From Armatimonadota bacterium (GTDB lineage Bacteria; Armatimonadota; Fimbriimonadia; Fimbriimonadales; GBS-DC): a stretch of 64,000 nucleotides of DNA. The number at the start of each line of letters is the position of its first letter. Within the stretch, counting starts at the first letter, position 1. Below the pieces are notes generated by a model, which worked only from the letters and a program-made list of their open reading frames with translations, was not told the origin of the DNA and did not search any database. Positions 39,666 to 50,964 of this stretch are shown here, piece by piece. The position numbers were made by a program, and so were the translations under genes. The stretch is from contig JBBIJY010000010.1 in assembly GCA_037445735.1 (NCBI GenBank), positions 1 through 64,000 of the forward strand. The letters are read 5' to 3'.

Positions 39666-39697
39666 ATATAGACTCGATAATGCTCAAAAAGCGGACA
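39666..39697 (-). promoter_or_regulatory. Alternative-sigma-like promoter motif, copy 1
   Basis: TGTCCGCTTTT-N10-CGAGTCTATAT just upstream of the PEP-CTERM RBS; identical blocks and spacing at 60076-60107. Confidence 0.7.
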
Positions 39698-39820
39698 TCG
39701 ATCTGGTTTTTGCTGCAACTTCTGTGCCATCGGCAGCGTTGCGCCCCCGTCAAACTATGGGATTTGCACGCAACGTGCCGATGGGGTACAATATTCCCCT
39801 GCATGGAGGAGACCGGAGCG

Positions 39821-40135
39821 ATGTATGCGATTGTTCAAACGGGCGGCAAGCAGTATCGCGCGGAGCCAGGCGCCATCATCAGTGTGGAAAAAATCGAGGC
39901 GGAAGCGGGCAGCCAGATCGAGCTGACGGAGGTGCTGCTGATTCGCACCGACGAGGGTCTGCGCGTGGGCGCGCCTTACATCGAGGGCGCGAAGGTGATT
40001 GCCGAAGTGGTACGACAGGGCAAGGGTCCCAAGATTATCGGGTTCAAATACAAGCCGAAGAAGAACGAGCGTCGGCGCTGGGGTCATCGCCAGCAGCTGA
40101 CCTGGCTGCGCATCAAGGAGATTGTCGCAGGCTAA
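39821..40135 (+). CDS. rplU: 50S ribosomal protein L21
   Basis: [19 protein letters not shown] and GHRQ motifs. Confidence 0.96.
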   Translation: MYAIVQTGGKQYRAEPGAIISVEKIEAEAGSQIELTEVLLIRTDEGLRVGAPYIEGAKVIAEVVRQGKGPKIIGFKYKPKKNERRRWGHRQQLTWLRIKEIVAG

Positions 40136-41316
40136 AGCCGGGTTGCCAGCAAGCCTGCGGCGCAGCCGGCGAGGAAGTAGGCGCGTTCCGCATCGGCGTC
40201 GCGCCCCATCGTGGTCAGGATCGCCCCCTGATCGAGGAGCCATTCCAGCACGGCATCGGCATCGATAATGTGCAGGGTGTGGCGATCTGGTATCGCCGCG
40301 CCCTGCAAAGCGTTCAGCACCCGCTCCATCTGGTCAGCGGGCAGTTGCGGCACCGCGACCGTGCAGGGCAGGAGCGCGACCTGGCTCAAAACGGTCAGTG
40401 AGTGGTGGCTCACGCCCTGATGGCGTGCGCGGGTGTCGCCGAAGCTGATGCGCAGCGCTGCGATGGGCTGACCGCCAAGTGTGCCGATGGCGTTCAGCGC
40501 CAGCCCCTGATCGAGACCCGAAAAGCCCCAGCGCGTACCCGTGCCCAGATTGCCCGGACCCTGACCGACCACCGCGAAATCGGCGTTCAGCGCGTGGCGG
40601 GCGAGCAATAACGCGCTATAGAGGTTCACCGCCTCCAGCTCGCCCCCGAACGCCTGCCCGACTGTGATGGTTCCTGCCAGCCAGCCGCGCTCCGTGAGCC
40701 AGCTCACCACCTCGCTGAAGCCGAGCGCGAGCGCCGCCGAATCGGTCATGATGTAGACGATTCGGGCGTCGGGGCGCGCGTAGCGAATCGCGCCCACCAC
40801 AGGAATCAGATGGCTGTGCAGCAGGATCGCGACGGTGGGCATCCCCTTCAGTGTGCCTGTGAGCGCGTCGGGATAGCGATTCTCGGCGGCGGGCGCGGCG
40901 AACTGCAACGGCGTGTAGCGCAACCGCATCAGCAGCTCCCCCTCACCCGTACCCTCTCCCTCGCTGGGGGAGAGGGGCAGATGGCTCCCTTTCCCCTCTG
41001 GGGAGAGGGTTGGGGTGAGGGGTTGCATCGGCACGACGGCAGGCTCTGCCCCCTCACCCATGCCCTCTCCCCCGCACGCGGCGGAGAGGGTGGATAGCGC
41101 GGCAATCACAAAATCGTAGCCGCCAGTGCCCAGCTTCAGCGCGGTCGCCGTGGTGTTGAGCAGCACAGTATCGCCCGCCTGCAGGCGTCCATTAAGCGTG
41201 ATGTAGTTGAGCGCGTTGCGCCGCTCCGCATCGGTGCGCACCTGCAGGTACTGCACGCCCGACCGCTCGCGCACCACCTGCTCCACAATCCCGACCGCTT
41301 TGTAAAGCACGCTCAC
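40132..41316 (-). CDS. DUF3866 family protein with in-frame repeat insertion
   Basis: [34 protein letters not shown] and RHQGVSHHS motifs. Confidence 0.85.
   Translation of the reverse strand: MSVLYKAVGIVEQVVRERSGVQYLQVRTDAERRNALNYITLNGRLQAGDTVLLNTTATALKLGTGGYDFVIAALSTLSAACGGEGMGEGAEPAVVPMQPLTPTLSPEGKGSHLPLSPSEGEGTGEGELLMRLRYTPLQFAAPAAENRYPDALTGTLKGMPTVAILLHSHLIPVVGAIRYARPDARIVYIMTDSAALALGFSEVVSWLTERGWLAGTITVGQAFGGELEAVNLYSALLLARHALNADFAVVGQGPGNLGTGTRWGFSGLDQGLALNAIGTLGGQPIAALRISFGDTRARHQGVSHHSLTVLSQVALLPCTVAVPQLPADQMERVLNALQGAAIPDRHTLHIIDADAVLEWLLDQGAILTTMGRDADAERAYFLAGCAAGLLATRL
40938..41090. repeat. Palindromic repeat (one full plus one half unit) inserted in frame in the DUF3866 gene
   Basis: Full unit 40938-41022 and half unit 41049-41090; encodes GGEGMGEG...[12 protein letters not shown]...[12 protein letters not shown]. 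Confidence 0.9.
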
Positions 41317-43169
41317 GGCTGCACGCCTCGCTGGTGGAGGTAGACCATCAGGCAGGCGATGTCGGCGGGGCGCACGCCCGGGATACGCGCCGCCTGACCT
41401 ATCGTGCGGGGGCGTACCCGTGCGAGCTTCTCGCGCGACTCGCGCGAAATCGCCGTCAACGATTCGTAATCGATATCGTCTGGGATGAACCAGTCTTCCA
41501 TCCTGCGCATCTTCTCGACCTGTTGCTGCTGCTTGCGCAGGTAGATGTCGTATTTGACGCGGATCTCCACCGCCTCGGCGATTTCGGGCGGTAGGGGCGT
41601 CTCTGGCGGGAAGAGACGGGTCAGCATGGCGTGTGAGACTTCGGGGCGGCGCAGGTAGTCGCGCGCGGTGATGCGCTCATTCACGGGCGTGCCGCCCAGC
41701 GCGACAAGCTGCGGGTTGTGCCGCCCGCTGATTTCGATGCGCTCCAGCCGTTCCAGCTCCGCCTGAATCTGCGCCTGTCGCGCCTGAAAGCGTCGCCAGC
41801 GTTCGTCGTCCACCAGCCCGACCTCGCGTCCGATGGGTGTGAGACGCTCGTCGGCATTATCGTGGCGCAGATGCAGCCGATGCTCGGCGCGACCCGTCAG
41901 CATCCGATAGGGGTCTTCCACGCCTTTGGTCACCAGATCGTCAATCAGCACGCCAATATAGCTGCTGCTGCGTTCCAGCACAAGCGGCTCACGGCGCTTG
42001 ACATACAGCGCGGCGTTGATGCCCGCGATCAGCCCCTGCGCAGCAGCTTCCTCATAGCCCGATGTGCCGTTGATCTGCCCCGCAAGGAACAGCCCCCGCA
42101 CCCGCCTGGTCATCAGCGTCGGATGAAGCTGGTCAGGGTACACCATGTCGTACTCCACCGCATAGCCAGGGCGTAGCATCACCACCTCTTCCAGCCCTGG
42201 CAGGGTGCGCAGAAACGCCAGCTGCACCTCCTCGGGCAGGCTGGTGGACATCCCCTGCACATAGAGGTCGTCCCGGTCCCAGTACTCCTGCTCCAGGAAC
42301 ACGGGATGGCGCTCCTTGTCGGGGAATCGCACGATTTTGTCTTCGATGCTGGGGCAGTAGCGCGGTCCGATGCCGACGATATGCCCGCCGTACATCGCGG
42401 AGCGGTGCAGGTTCTCGCGGATGATGGCGTGCGTGCGCTCGTTGGTGAAGGTTTGCCAGCAGGGCAGCAGCGGGCGCGGCGGCTGCAGGCGGTCGTGCCG
42501 ATACGAAAAGGGCGGGCACGGCTCCGACGGCACTTCCGTCAGGCGGGAGAGATCGACGCTCTTTTTATCGATGCGGGGCGTGGTGCCGGTCTTGAAGCGC
42601 CCGATTCGGAAGCCGAGCTGCTGGAGAGCGGCGGTCAGCCCTGTGGCGGGCGGGTCGCCGAACCGCGCCGCCTGAATCTTGCGCTCCCCGATATGGCATA
42701 GCCCATTCAGAAAGGTGCCGGTGGTCAACACGACGACATGCGCAGTGATCTCGCCGTCGGGCGTGCGAACCCCATAGCAGGTGTCGTCCTTCACCAGCAA
42801 GCCGTCGACGCGGGCTTCCCTCAGCGTCAGGTTCGGCTGCTGCTGGAGTGTGGCGAGCATCTGCGCGGGATAGAGCGCTTTGTCGGCATGGGCGCGCAGG
42901 GTGCGTACGGCAGGTCCCTTGCCCGTGCCCACAAAGCGAATATGGGTCAGCGTTAAATCGGTGTTGATGCCCATCTGCCCGCCGAGCGCGTCGATTTCGC
43001 GCACCAGATGCCCTTTGGCAGGACCGCCGATGGAGCAGTTGCAGGGCATATGTGCCGTGCGCTCGATGTTGAGCGTGAGGGCGAGCGTGCGGCAGCCGAG
43101 CCGTGCCGCTGCCAGCGCCGCCTCACAACCCGCATGACCCGTCCCCACCACGATCACATCGTAATCCAT
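41313..43169 (-). CDS. mnmG: tRNA uridine-5-carboxymethylaminomethyl modification enzyme
   Basis: [25 protein letters not shown] and [17 protein letters not shown] motifs. Confidence 0.97.
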   Translation of the reverse strand: MDYDVIVVGTGHAGCEAALAAARLGCRTLALTLNIERTAHMPCNCSIGGPAKGHLVREIDALGGQMGINTDLTLTHIRFVGTGKGPAVRTLRAHADKALYPAQMLATLQQQPNLTLREARVDGLLVKDDTCYGVRTPDGEITAHVVVLTTGTFLNGLCHIGERKIQAARFGDPPATGLTAALQQLGFRIGRFKTGTTPRIDKKSVDLSRLTEVPSEPCPPFSYRHDRLQPPRPLLPCWQTFTNERTHAIIRENLHRSAMYGGHIVGIGPRYCPSIEDKIVRFPDKERHPVFLEQEYWDRDDLYVQGMSTSLPEEVQLAFLRTLPGLEEVVMLRPGYAVEYDMVYPDQLHPTLMTRRVRGLFLAGQINGTSGYEEAAAQGLIAGINAALYVKRREPLVLERSSSYIGVLIDDLVTKGVEDPYRMLTGRAEHRLHLRHDNADERLTPIGREVGLVDDERWRRFQARQAQIQAELERLERIEISGRHNPQLVALGGTPVNERITARDYLRRPEVSHAMLTRLFPPETPLPPEIAEAVEIRVKYDIYLRKQQQQVEKMRRMEDWFIPDDIDYESLTAISRESREKLARVRPRTIGQAARIPGVRPADIACLMVYLHQRGVQP

Positions 43170-43214
43170 CCATCGAGAGCATACCCCATGCCGCCTGCGG
43201 GTATGCTTGCAGAT

Positions 43215-43892
43215 GTGCAGAAGCGGTTGCTGGGACGGACGAATCGGCTCCTGTTCCCTTTGTGGGTGCGCGGGGCATTGCCAGCCGACGAGCCTGACGA
43301 GGCGCAGGTCGCTGCCTTTTTTGAGCGGTTGCGGTCGCTCGGCGTGGAAGTGCTGGACATCACGCCCTCGCACGGTTTCTGGGGGCAGGCTTTGCGCGTG
43401 CATCAGCCCGCGTTGCAGGTGGCGGTCATCGCACCGCCACATCTGCTGGCGTACGCGCCCGACAGCCAGCGCGCCGCGCGTGCCGTGCAGGCGCATCTGA
43501 TCGAGATTCTCTGCTCCATCGGGCGCGATTGCTGCGACTACTACTTCCTGAATCTGGCGTATGCGCCGACCGAGGCGCAGTTGAGCGGTGCGCTGGAGGC
43601 GCTGGAGCTGGCGCGTCAGGAGGCGCAGGTAGGCGCGATTGGGCTGGCAGCGTATGGCGAGCCGTTGCGCATACTCGCACTCTGGCGCACGCACGACGCT
43701 TTCGAGGTCGCCCTGCTACCAAACCGCCATGAGGCCCTGCAGGTGCTGCTGCCCGAGGCGCGAGCGCGGCGCGTCGGCGCGATTGTCGAAATCGCCGAAC
43801 CGCTCTGGAACGCGACACCAAGCCAGTGGGACAGCACGCTCGCCCAGCTGAACGCCGACGCCCTCCTGCTCACAGGTACAATTCTGCCATGA
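43215..43892 (+). CDS. Divergent, shortened aldo/keto reductase-like protein
   Basis: KRLLGRT N-terminus and G.V.AIG motif; catalytic motifs degenerate; GTG start. Confidence 0.55.
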   Translation: MQKRLLGRTNRLLFPLWVRGALPADEPDEAQVAAFFERLRSLGVEVLDITPSHGFWGQALRVHQPALQVAVIAPPHLLAYAPDSQRAARAVQAHLIEILCSIGRDCCDYYFLNLAYAPTEAQLSGALEALELARQEAQVGAIGLAAYGEPLRILALWRTHDAFEVALLPNRHEALQVLLPEARARRVGAIVEIAEPLWNATPSQWDSTLAQLNADALLLTGTILP

Positions 43893-44941
43893 TGCAGGCG
43901 GATGGACACTTCATGCGGGCGGAGATCGGCGAGCAGCCAGCAGTGCTGACCCGTATCGCCGATCAGGAATGGCATGCGATTCGCGAGGCAGCAGCGCGCA
44001 TCCAGCAAGCCGATACGCTCTATGTGCTGTTAGCCGCGCGCGGCACCTCCGACAACGCCGCCCGATATTTTCAATATCTGCTTCAGATAGAGAACGGGCT
44101 ACCGTGCGGGCTGGCAACGCCGTCGGTGGTGACGCTCTATCGGGCGAGCCTGAACCTGAATCGCTGTCTGGTGGTGGGCATCTCCCAATCGGGCGAGGCG
44201 CCCGATGTGATCGAGTATGTGACCCATGCGCGGGAGCGCGGCGCACTCACGCTGAGCATCACCAATAATCCGCAATCGCCATTAGCGCAGGCGAGCCATC
44301 TGCATCTATGGGTACGCGCAGGCACAGAACGCAGTGTGGCTGCCACCAAAACCTATACGGGCACGCTCGCTGTCATCTACCTGCTGGCGCACGCGCTCAA
44401 GGGCGCCAGCGACGCGCCCGACAAACTGCACGCGACCGCCCAGATGGTCGCCGAAGCGCTCCAGCAGGAGGCGGTCATCCAGCAGGCAGTGGATCGCTAC
44501 CGCTATGTGCGCGAGTGCGTGTCGCTGGCGCGGGGCATCAACCAGGCGACCGCCGAAGAGACCGCCCTGAAGCTTATCGAGACCTGCTATGTGGTGTGCA
44601 AAGCCTACTCGGTCGCCGACTTTATGCATGGACCGTTCGCGCTGATAGAGGCGGGCTTTCCGTGCCTGCTGTTCGCGCCCGACGGCGCGACCTTCCCGAC
44701 GGTGCTGGAATCGGCGCAGCGCCTGCGCGAGGGCGGCGCGGAAACGATTATCTTCGCCCGCGACCCCGACATCCTGCGCCTCGCCCGCACACCGATTGAA
44801 CTGCCCGTCAGAGTGCCCGAAACCGTCTCGCCCATCGTGTATGTGGTGCTGGGGCAGCTGTTCGCCTATCACCTTGCGCTCGCCCGCGACCTGAACCCTG
44901 ACCAGCCGCGCGGTCTGCAAAAAGTCACCCGCACGCGGTAG
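43889..44941 (+). CDS. Double-SIS sugar-phosphate isomerase/deaminase (GlmS C-terminal-like)
   Basis: EIGEQP, ARGTSDNAA, ISQSGE, VAATKTY and PRGLQKVT motifs. Confidence 0.88.
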   Translation: MMQADGHFMRAEIGEQPAVLTRIADQEWHAIREAAARIQQADTLYVLLAARGTSDNAARYFQYLLQIENGLPCGLATPSVVTLYRASLNLNRCLVVGISQSGEAPDVIEYVTHARERGALTLSITNNPQSPLAQASHLHLWVRAGTERSVAATKTYTGTLAVIYLLAHALKGASDAPDKLHATAQMVAEALQQEAVIQQAVDRYRYVRECVSLARGINQATAEETALKLIETCYVVCKAYSVADFMHGPFALIEAGFPCLLFAPDGATFPTVLESAQRLREGGAETIIFARDPDILRLARTPIELPVRVPETVSPIVYVVLGQLFAYHLALARDLNPDQPRGLQKVTRTR

Positions 44942-45021
44942 CCATGCACTGTGGAGTTTGGGCGCGGAGACCGTGCCCCCACCGTCAGCATATTGTTAGC
45001 CGATAGGGTATCTTTTGGGCG

Positions 45022-46250
45022 ATGCTCACCAACGAGGAGCGCCGTGTCGGGATTTATCACGATGGGACCAAGCCCATCCATCCAGCGCAGGTCACGCCTG
45101 ACACGCCACTGGAAGCACTCAATCTCAACTGGCGCGAGCGCGACCTGCCCGAACGGTTACGCACGCGCCATGTCCATCGCCTGCACCCCTATCTGGGCAA
45201 GTTCATCCCGCAGCTGGTGGAGGTGTTCCTGCGCAAATATTTCCGAGCGGGTCAGACGGTGCTGGACCCCTTTGTAGGGTCGGGCACGACCCTTGTGCAG
45301 GCGAATGAGCTGGGTATTAACGCGATAGGCTATGATGTGTCCGCCTTTAATATAATCCTGTGCCGCGCGAAAACGCAGGTTTATGACCTGAAGCAGATGA
45401 GCGGGAGGTGCTGGATGCGCTGGCGCGTGCCGAGCGCGCGCTCCAGCACTGGCATGGTCAGCTCTCGCTGATAATGGAGCCGCGCGAGCTGCTCTATGAG
45501 CATTCCAGCTGCCATGCGGACTATCTCCAGCAGTGGTACGCGCCGCAAGCCCTTCGCGAGCTGCTCACCTATCGGCATATAGTGGAGCATGGCGACTATG
45601 AGTATAAAGACCTGCTGCGCATCATCCTTTCCCGTTCCGCACGCTCGGCACGGCTAACCCCGCACTATGACCTGGATTTTCCCAAAAAGCCTCAGACGGA
45701 GCCGTACTGGTGCTATAAGCATCGGCGCATCTGCGAGCCAACCACCGAGGCGCTCAAATTCTTACGGCGATATAGCTACGATACGATTCGGCGGGTGATG
45801 GAGTTCGCGCAGGTGCGCACCTCAGCGTGGGTGGAGGTTGATCATGCTGACAGTCGTGAGGTCTGCTTCCCGCCCGTTGATGGCATCATCACCAGCCCGC
45901 CCTATGTGGGGCTAATCGATTACCATGACCAGCACGCCTATGCTTACCACCTGCTCAACCTGACCGATTTGAGCGAGCGTGAGATCGGCGCGGCATCGAA
46001 CGGCGCATCGGAACGCGCGAAAGCTCAATATGTAGCAGACATTGTAAGGGTCTTCTCCCGCGCTTTGGAGGCAATGCCGTCAGGCGCACCAGTTATCGTG
46101 GTGGCAAATGATAAGCATAATCTGTATGGCGAGATTGCCACACGGCTGGATGTGGAGGTGGAAGGTATATTGCACCGCCATGTGAACCGCCGTACAGGGC
46201 GACGCTCAACAGAGTTTTTCGAATCAATCTTTATCTGGAGGAAGCGCTGA
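45022..46250 (+). pseudogene. Amino-DNA methyltransferase (motif I before motif IV) split by a 1-nt frameshift near 45400
   Basis: 5' ORF has HPY.GKFIPQL and DPFVGSGTT; 3' ORF has ITSPPY; adding one G (ATG-[G]AG-CGG-GAG-GTG) joins them. Confidence 0.8.
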
Positions 46251-46573
46251 TGCCAGGTACACGCCATGAGTCCATCCCTGAACCAACCAGGGAGGCTATC
46301 AGGTCATATCTGCGAAAGTTTATAGAAAAATTAATTGAGGAGAGCAGAAAGGCGGGAGCCAGAATCGAACAGGACACTTCACACACCAGCGATACAGCGA
46401 AACCGTTTCACGAAGCCATAATCCCTGCGCCTGTGCGAGCAATTAGCCGATTCGAGCGCAGTTTCAGCACACGACTGGGTAGTACCTTTTCATCTGGTGT
46501 AACGACCGACTCGCAGGTGCATGGTGAGGAGCGGTTCCAGCGCGATGAGCTGCTGCAGGTACAATTCCTGTGA
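46250..46573 (+). pseudogene. Truncated type II restriction endonuclease (TdeIII-family-like N-terminus)
   Basis: KPFHEAI...RFERSFSTRLGSTF followed by apparently unrelated sequence; AT-richer; overlaps the MTase stop; family call is from recalled motif only. Confidence 0.6.
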
Positions 46574-47628
46574 TGAAGGTCCAACCGATAGAGTGGGTGT
46601 CGCACGCTGAAACGGGTGGCATCCTGCGCATGCTGGATCAGACGCAGTTGCCAGAGTGGGTGGTCGTGGAGGAGTACACCGACTGGCGCGATGTGGCGGA
46701 GGCGATTCGAGCGATGAAAGTGCGCGGCGCACCCGCGATTGGCATCGCGGCTGCCTACGGCATCGCGCTCGCCGCCCATCACTTCCGAGGCGATAACTGG
46801 AGCGAGTTCCTCGCTTCGATGGAGGAGGTCTGTCAGGAGTTTGCCCGCACGCGCCCGACCGCCGTCAATCTCTTCTGGGCGATTGAGCGGATGCAGCGGG
46901 TGCTGAACACCTGCCAGACCGTCGCCGAAGCCCGCGAACGCCTGCTACAGGAAGCGCACCAGATTCTGCAGGAAGATTACGAAGCCGACCGACAGCTGGC
47001 GGAGTATGGCGCGCTGCTGCTGACGCCGCAGGCGCGCGTGATGACCCTCTGCAACACGGGCGCGCTGGCAACAGGCGGCATCGGCACCGCGCTGGGCATC
47101 ATTCGCGTCGCGTGGCTGCAGGGGCGACTGGCGAAAGCCTATGTGTGCGAGACGCGCCCGCGCCTGCAGGGACTGCGACTTACCGCCTGGGAACTGTTGC
47201 AGGAGGGCATCCCGTTCCAGCTCATCACCGACAACATGGCGGGCTGGCTGATGGCGCAGGGCAAGGTGGAAGCCGTGATTGTGGGCGCGGACCGTATCGC
47301 AGCGAACGGCGACACCGCCAACAAAATCGGCACCTACACCCTCGCCGTGCTGGCGCACCATCACCGCATCCCCTTCTATGTGGCGGCGCCATGCTCAACC
47401 ATTGATCTGGGCACGCCCAACGGTAAAGCCATCCCTGTGGAGCATCGGGACGCCACCGAGGTCACGCATATCGGCAACCTGCGCCTCGCGCCGCAGGGCA
47501 CGCCCGTGCTGAACCCCGCGTTCGACATCACACCCGCCCCGCTGATCACCGCGATTATCACCGAGCGCGGCGTCGCCCAGCCACCTTACGAATCGTCGCT
47601 CCGCGAGCTATGTTCGAAAGCGCACTAA
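46573..47628 (+). CDS. mtnA: S-methyl-5-thioribose-1-phosphate isomerase
   Basis: VRGAPAIG, RPTAVNL, ETRP.LQG.RLTAWEL and GDTANKIGTY motifs. Confidence 0.95.
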   Translation: MKVQPIEWVSHAETGGILRMLDQTQLPEWVVVEEYTDWRDVAEAIRAMKVRGAPAIGIAAAYGIALAAHHFRGDNWSEFLASMEEVCQEFARTRPTAVNLFWAIERMQRVLNTCQTVAEARERLLQEAHQILQEDYEADRQLAEYGALLLTPQARVMTLCNTGALATGGIGTALGIIRVAWLQGRLAKAYVCETRPRLQGLRLTAWELLQEGIPFQLITDNMAGWLMAQGKVEAVIVGADRIAANGDTANKIGTYTLAVLAHHHRIPFYVAAPCSTIDLGTPNGKAIPVEHRDATEVTHIGNLRLAPQGTPVLNPAFDITPAPLITAIITERGVAQPPYESSLRELCSKAH

Positions 47629-48725
47629 TCTTCCCGCTGAACCGCTGGCACAATCACTCCTCGTGTGTGTTGGAGTGCCCCGATGGCTCGCTGCTGGCGT
47701 GCTGGTACAGCGGTTCAGGCGAGCGCGAGGCGGACGATGTGCAGATTCTGGGCGCACGCTGGCGACACGGACGCTGGAGCAAGCCCTTTCTAATGGCAGA
47801 TACGCCGAACTACCCCGATATCAACCCGATTCTGTTTTTTGACCCACGCGGGCGGCTGTGGCTGATGTGGGCGACCATTCTGAACCATCGCTGGGAGGGC
47901 GCCCTGCTCAAATATCGGGTGGCGATGCACGCGGGACAACGCGGTTGCCCGCCATGGTGCATCGGCGAGGTGTTCCATGTCTCACCCGATACAGGTTTTG
48001 TGCGAAAAGTTGAACAATGGATTGAGCGGATCAGCGCCGATGCCGAATCGCCAGACCCACCGAATCGGAAAGCATATTTCCGACGGTTGCGTCAACTCTG
48101 TGCGGATGAACTGTCGCGGCAGCTGGGCTGGATGCCCCGCGTGCATCCGCTGATTATGGGCGAGCGCATCCTGCTGCCGCTCTATTCGGACGGCTTTAAC
48201 TTCGCGCTGATTGCCATCAGCGAGGATGCGGGTTTCAGCTGGCAGCTGAGCGCGCCGCTGATCAGTATCGGCGGCATCCAGCCCAGCCTGATTCAGCGAC
48301 GCGACGGCACACTGGTCGCCTACCTGCGCGATAACGGACCACCGCCCAACCGCATCATGACCGCTACCTCCAGCGACGGTGGCTATACATGGAGCGAGGT
48401 GGTCAAGACCGCGATCCCCAATCCTGGTTCCAGCGTGGAGGTGATTGCCCTGAATCCGGGCGAGTGGCTGATGGTCGCCAACGATACTGAGCGGGGGCGT
48501 CATCAGCTCGCTATTCTGCTCTCCACCGACGAAGGGCATACCTGGCAGCTCAAACGCTATCTGGAGCGCGATGAGAAGGGTGGAGGCAGCTACTCCTATC
48601 CGTCGGTCATTCAGGCGCGCGATGGCACCATCCATATCACCTACAGTTACGCTGTGCCCGCTCCCGAGGGTCGGTACAGCGCCATCAAGTGGGTACGATT
48701 CTCACGCGACTGGCTGGAGGCATGA
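47610..48725 (+). CDS. BNR/Asp-box sialidase-like protein
   Basis: Asp-boxes SEDAGFSW, SSDGGYTW and STDEGHTW; YSYPSVIQ..DG.IH..YS. Confidence 0.85.
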   Translation: MFESALIFPLNRWHNHSSCVLECPDGSLLACWYSGSGEREADDVQILGARWRHGRWSKPFLMADTPNYPDINPILFFDPRGRLWLMWATILNHRWEGALLKYRVAMHAGQRGCPPWCIGEVFHVSPDTGFVRKVEQWIERISADAESPDPPNRKAYFRRLRQLCADELSRQLGWMPRVHPLIMGERILLPLYSDGFNFALIAISEDAGFSWQLSAPLISIGGIQPSLIQRRDGTLVAYLRDNGPPPNRIMTATSSDGGYTWSEVVKTAIPNPGSSVEVIALNPGEWLMVANDTERGRHQLAILLSTDEGHTWQLKRYLERDEKGGGSYSYPSVIQARDGTIHITYSYAVPAPEGRYSAIKWVRFSRDWLEA

Positions 48726-49819
48726 AACCGCTCGATTCGCACTGGGTGGCAGAGGTTCGGCGGCGATTGCGGGAGTGGTTTCGGCAGGCGCACCGTGCTC
48801 TGCCCTGGCGGGCGACCCGCGATCCCTATCGCATCTGGGTCTCCGAGATTATGCTGCAGCAGACGCAGGTGGCGACGGTCATCCCCTATTATGAGCGATT
48901 TATTCAGCGGTTCCCGACAGTGCAGGCGCTGGCGGAGGCGCCGCTGGCGGAGGTGCTGCGCTACTGGGAGGGACTGGGCTACTATTCGCGGGCGCGGAAC
49001 CTGCATCGCGCGGCACAGCAGATCGTTCAGCAGGGTGGTGAGCTGCCGCGTGAGGTGGCACGACTGCGCGAGCTGCCTGGCATCGGCGCGTACACGGCGG
49101 GCGCGATTGCCAGCCTCGCTTTCAATCAGCCAGAGCCTGTGGTGGATGGCAATGTGGTGCGCGTGCTGGCGCGTCTGCTGTGGCTCAAAGGCGACGCGCG
49201 ACGCCTGCGCACCCAGCCCGCAGTGTGGGCGCTCGCCCGCCAGCTGGTTGACCCCGATGATCCTGCCACCTTCAATCAGGCGTTGATGGAGCTGGGTTCC
49301 ACAATTTGCCTGCCGGGTCAGCCACGCTGTGGTGAGTGTCCGCTGCAGGCGCTCTGTTCGGCATATCAGCGTGGCGAGCCGACCGCCGTGCCCGAAACGG
49401 CTCCTGCCCGCCCCGCTATGCAGGTGATCGATGTGTCCACGCTCATCTGGCATGAAAGACGCCTGCTACTGGCTCAGCGCCCGAGCGAGGGACTGTGGGG
49501 CGGATTGTGGGAGTTCCCGCGTGCCACGCGCGCGGGACGCGAGACGCTGGAGACCATCGCCCATCGCGCCGCGCACAAAGTGGGCGTGCAGGTGGAGCCG
49601 ATCCGCCTGCTGGGGCATGTGCGCCATGCCGTGACCTATCATGCCATTCGGCTCTACGGCTACCTCTGTCGGCTGGAGTCGGGCGAGCCACGCCCCTGCG
49701 GCGAGTACGCCGCGCTGCGCTGGGTCGCCCCTGACGAGCTGGACCAGTTCCCCCTCTCCGCCCCCCAGCGCCGCCTGGCGAAAATGTTTCTCAGCATGCC
49801 CGTTGCGTTCGAATTTTAA
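48722..49819 (+). CDS. mutY: A/G-specific adenine glycosylase
   Basis: WVSEIMLQQTQV, GLGYYSRARNL, LPGIG.YTA, VDGNV, Fe-S Cys motif, NUDIX-like C-terminus. Confidence 0.95.
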   Translation: MKPLDSHWVAEVRRRLREWFRQAHRALPWRATRDPYRIWVSEIMLQQTQVATVIPYYERFIQRFPTVQALAEAPLAEVLRYWEGLGYYSRARNLHRAAQQIVQQGGELPREVARLRELPGIGAYTAGAIASLAFNQPEPVVDGNVVRVLARLLWLKGDARRLRTQPAVWALARQLVDPDDPATFNQALMELGSTICLPGQPRCGECPLQALCSAYQRGEPTAVPETAPARPAMQVIDVSTLIWHERRLLLAQRPSEGLWGGLWEFPRATRAGRETLETIAHRAAHKVGVQVEPIRLLGHVRHAVTYHAIRLYGYLCRLESGEPRPCGEYAALRWVAPDELDQFPLSAPQRRLAKMFLSMPVAFEF

Positions 49820-50955
49820 GCTCGCTGGAAGCTGTCGCCCAGCGACCAGCCCGCCAGGTGGGTCAGAAACAGCAAATTGCCGCCAAACAGCAGGGTTTGC
49901 ACGGTGTCGTGCGGGTAGGCGAGGGCGAACAGCAGCGTGAGTACGCCCACTGTCCCGAAGGTGCGCGAGATGGAGCTGTTCAGCCCGCCCTGCAATAGCC
50001 CGTACAGCGTATAGAGCAGTGCGGCGAGCGGAAAGCAGAGCATCGCCAGAATCACCAGCACGCCCCCCGCCGACAGCCGCGCCCCATAGCTCCGCCAGGG
50101 CAGCGCGTCTTCCAGAGGCGACACCCAGCGACTGACGCTCAGCAGAAAACCTGTCAACAGCCCCGCCAGACCCAGATAGAGCAACAGGTTCCAGCTCCAT
50201 GTGGCAATCATTGGCAGCCATCGGAACAGCGCGGCGGGTTCGCCAGGCACTGTCGCGCTGAGCGCAATAAGAAACAGCACCGTGCCCCAGCCGAGCGACT
50301 GCGCCGCGTAGAGGCGCCACTCGGCAGGCAGCATCAGCACGGGAAGGTTCGCCCGTCGCATCGGCGCGGCAGGCGGCGGTGCCGAGCGTGCCATGCTCGC
50401 CAGCCGCTCGAACTTGCGTTGAAGGTCAGCATTGTGCGGGTCTAACTGGAGCGCGTAGGTGTAGGCGTTCAGCGCAGCGTCGATATGTCCTTGCATGCGG
50501 TACACATCGCCCATAATGATGTAGCCCTGCGCCATTCGCGGTTGCATGCGGGTTGCCTGCCGCGCCCAGTGCAGGGCGTCGCGCAGGCGCCCCTGCAGGA
50601 AGGCGCGCTCCGCCTCGTAAATCGCGCGACGCGCCTCCTCGCTCGAAGCCGCCGAACGGGATGGGCCCGCTGGCGCAGCGGGGCGGGGCGGATTGCTGGA
50701 CGGACGCGCGGGGCGAGCCGTGCCCGACGACGCGCTCTGGCTCTGCAGGCGCAACAGCGCATCGTAGTGCCGCCGCCGCTCCGGGTCCGACAGCACCTGA
50801 TACGCCTCCTGAATGCGCAAAAACTGCTCCTTCGCGTCGGGCGCAGGGTTCACATCGGGATGGTAGCGGCGCACCAGCTCGCGATACCGCTTGCGTATCT
50901 GCTCTGGTGTCGCGCCCATCGGCAAGCCCAGCACCTCGTAATGGTTCTGCCGCAT
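49816..50955 (-). CDS. J-domain + TPR + membrane protein
   Basis: YHPDVN J-domain, TPR pair, C-terminal TM helices. Confidence 0.85.
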   Translation of the reverse strand: MRQNHYEVLGLPMGATPEQIRKRYRELVRRYHPDVNPAPDAKEQFLRIQEAYQVLSDPERRRHYDALLRLQSQSASSGTARPARPSSNPPRPAAPAGPSRSAASSEEARRAIYEAERAFLQGRLRDALHWARQATRMQPRMAQGYIIMGDVYRMQGHIDAALNAYTYALQLDPHNADLQRKFERLASMARSAPPPAAPMRRANLPVLMLPAEWRLYAAQSLGWGTVLFLIALSATVPGEPAALFRWLPMIATWSWNLLLYLGLAGLLTGFLLSVSRWVSPLEDALPWRSYGARLSAGGVLVILAMLCFPLAALLYTLYGLLQGGLNSSISRTFGTVGVLTLLFALAYPHDTVQTLLFGGNLLFLTHLAGWSLGDSFQRA

Positions 50956-50964
50956 GACGCACCT

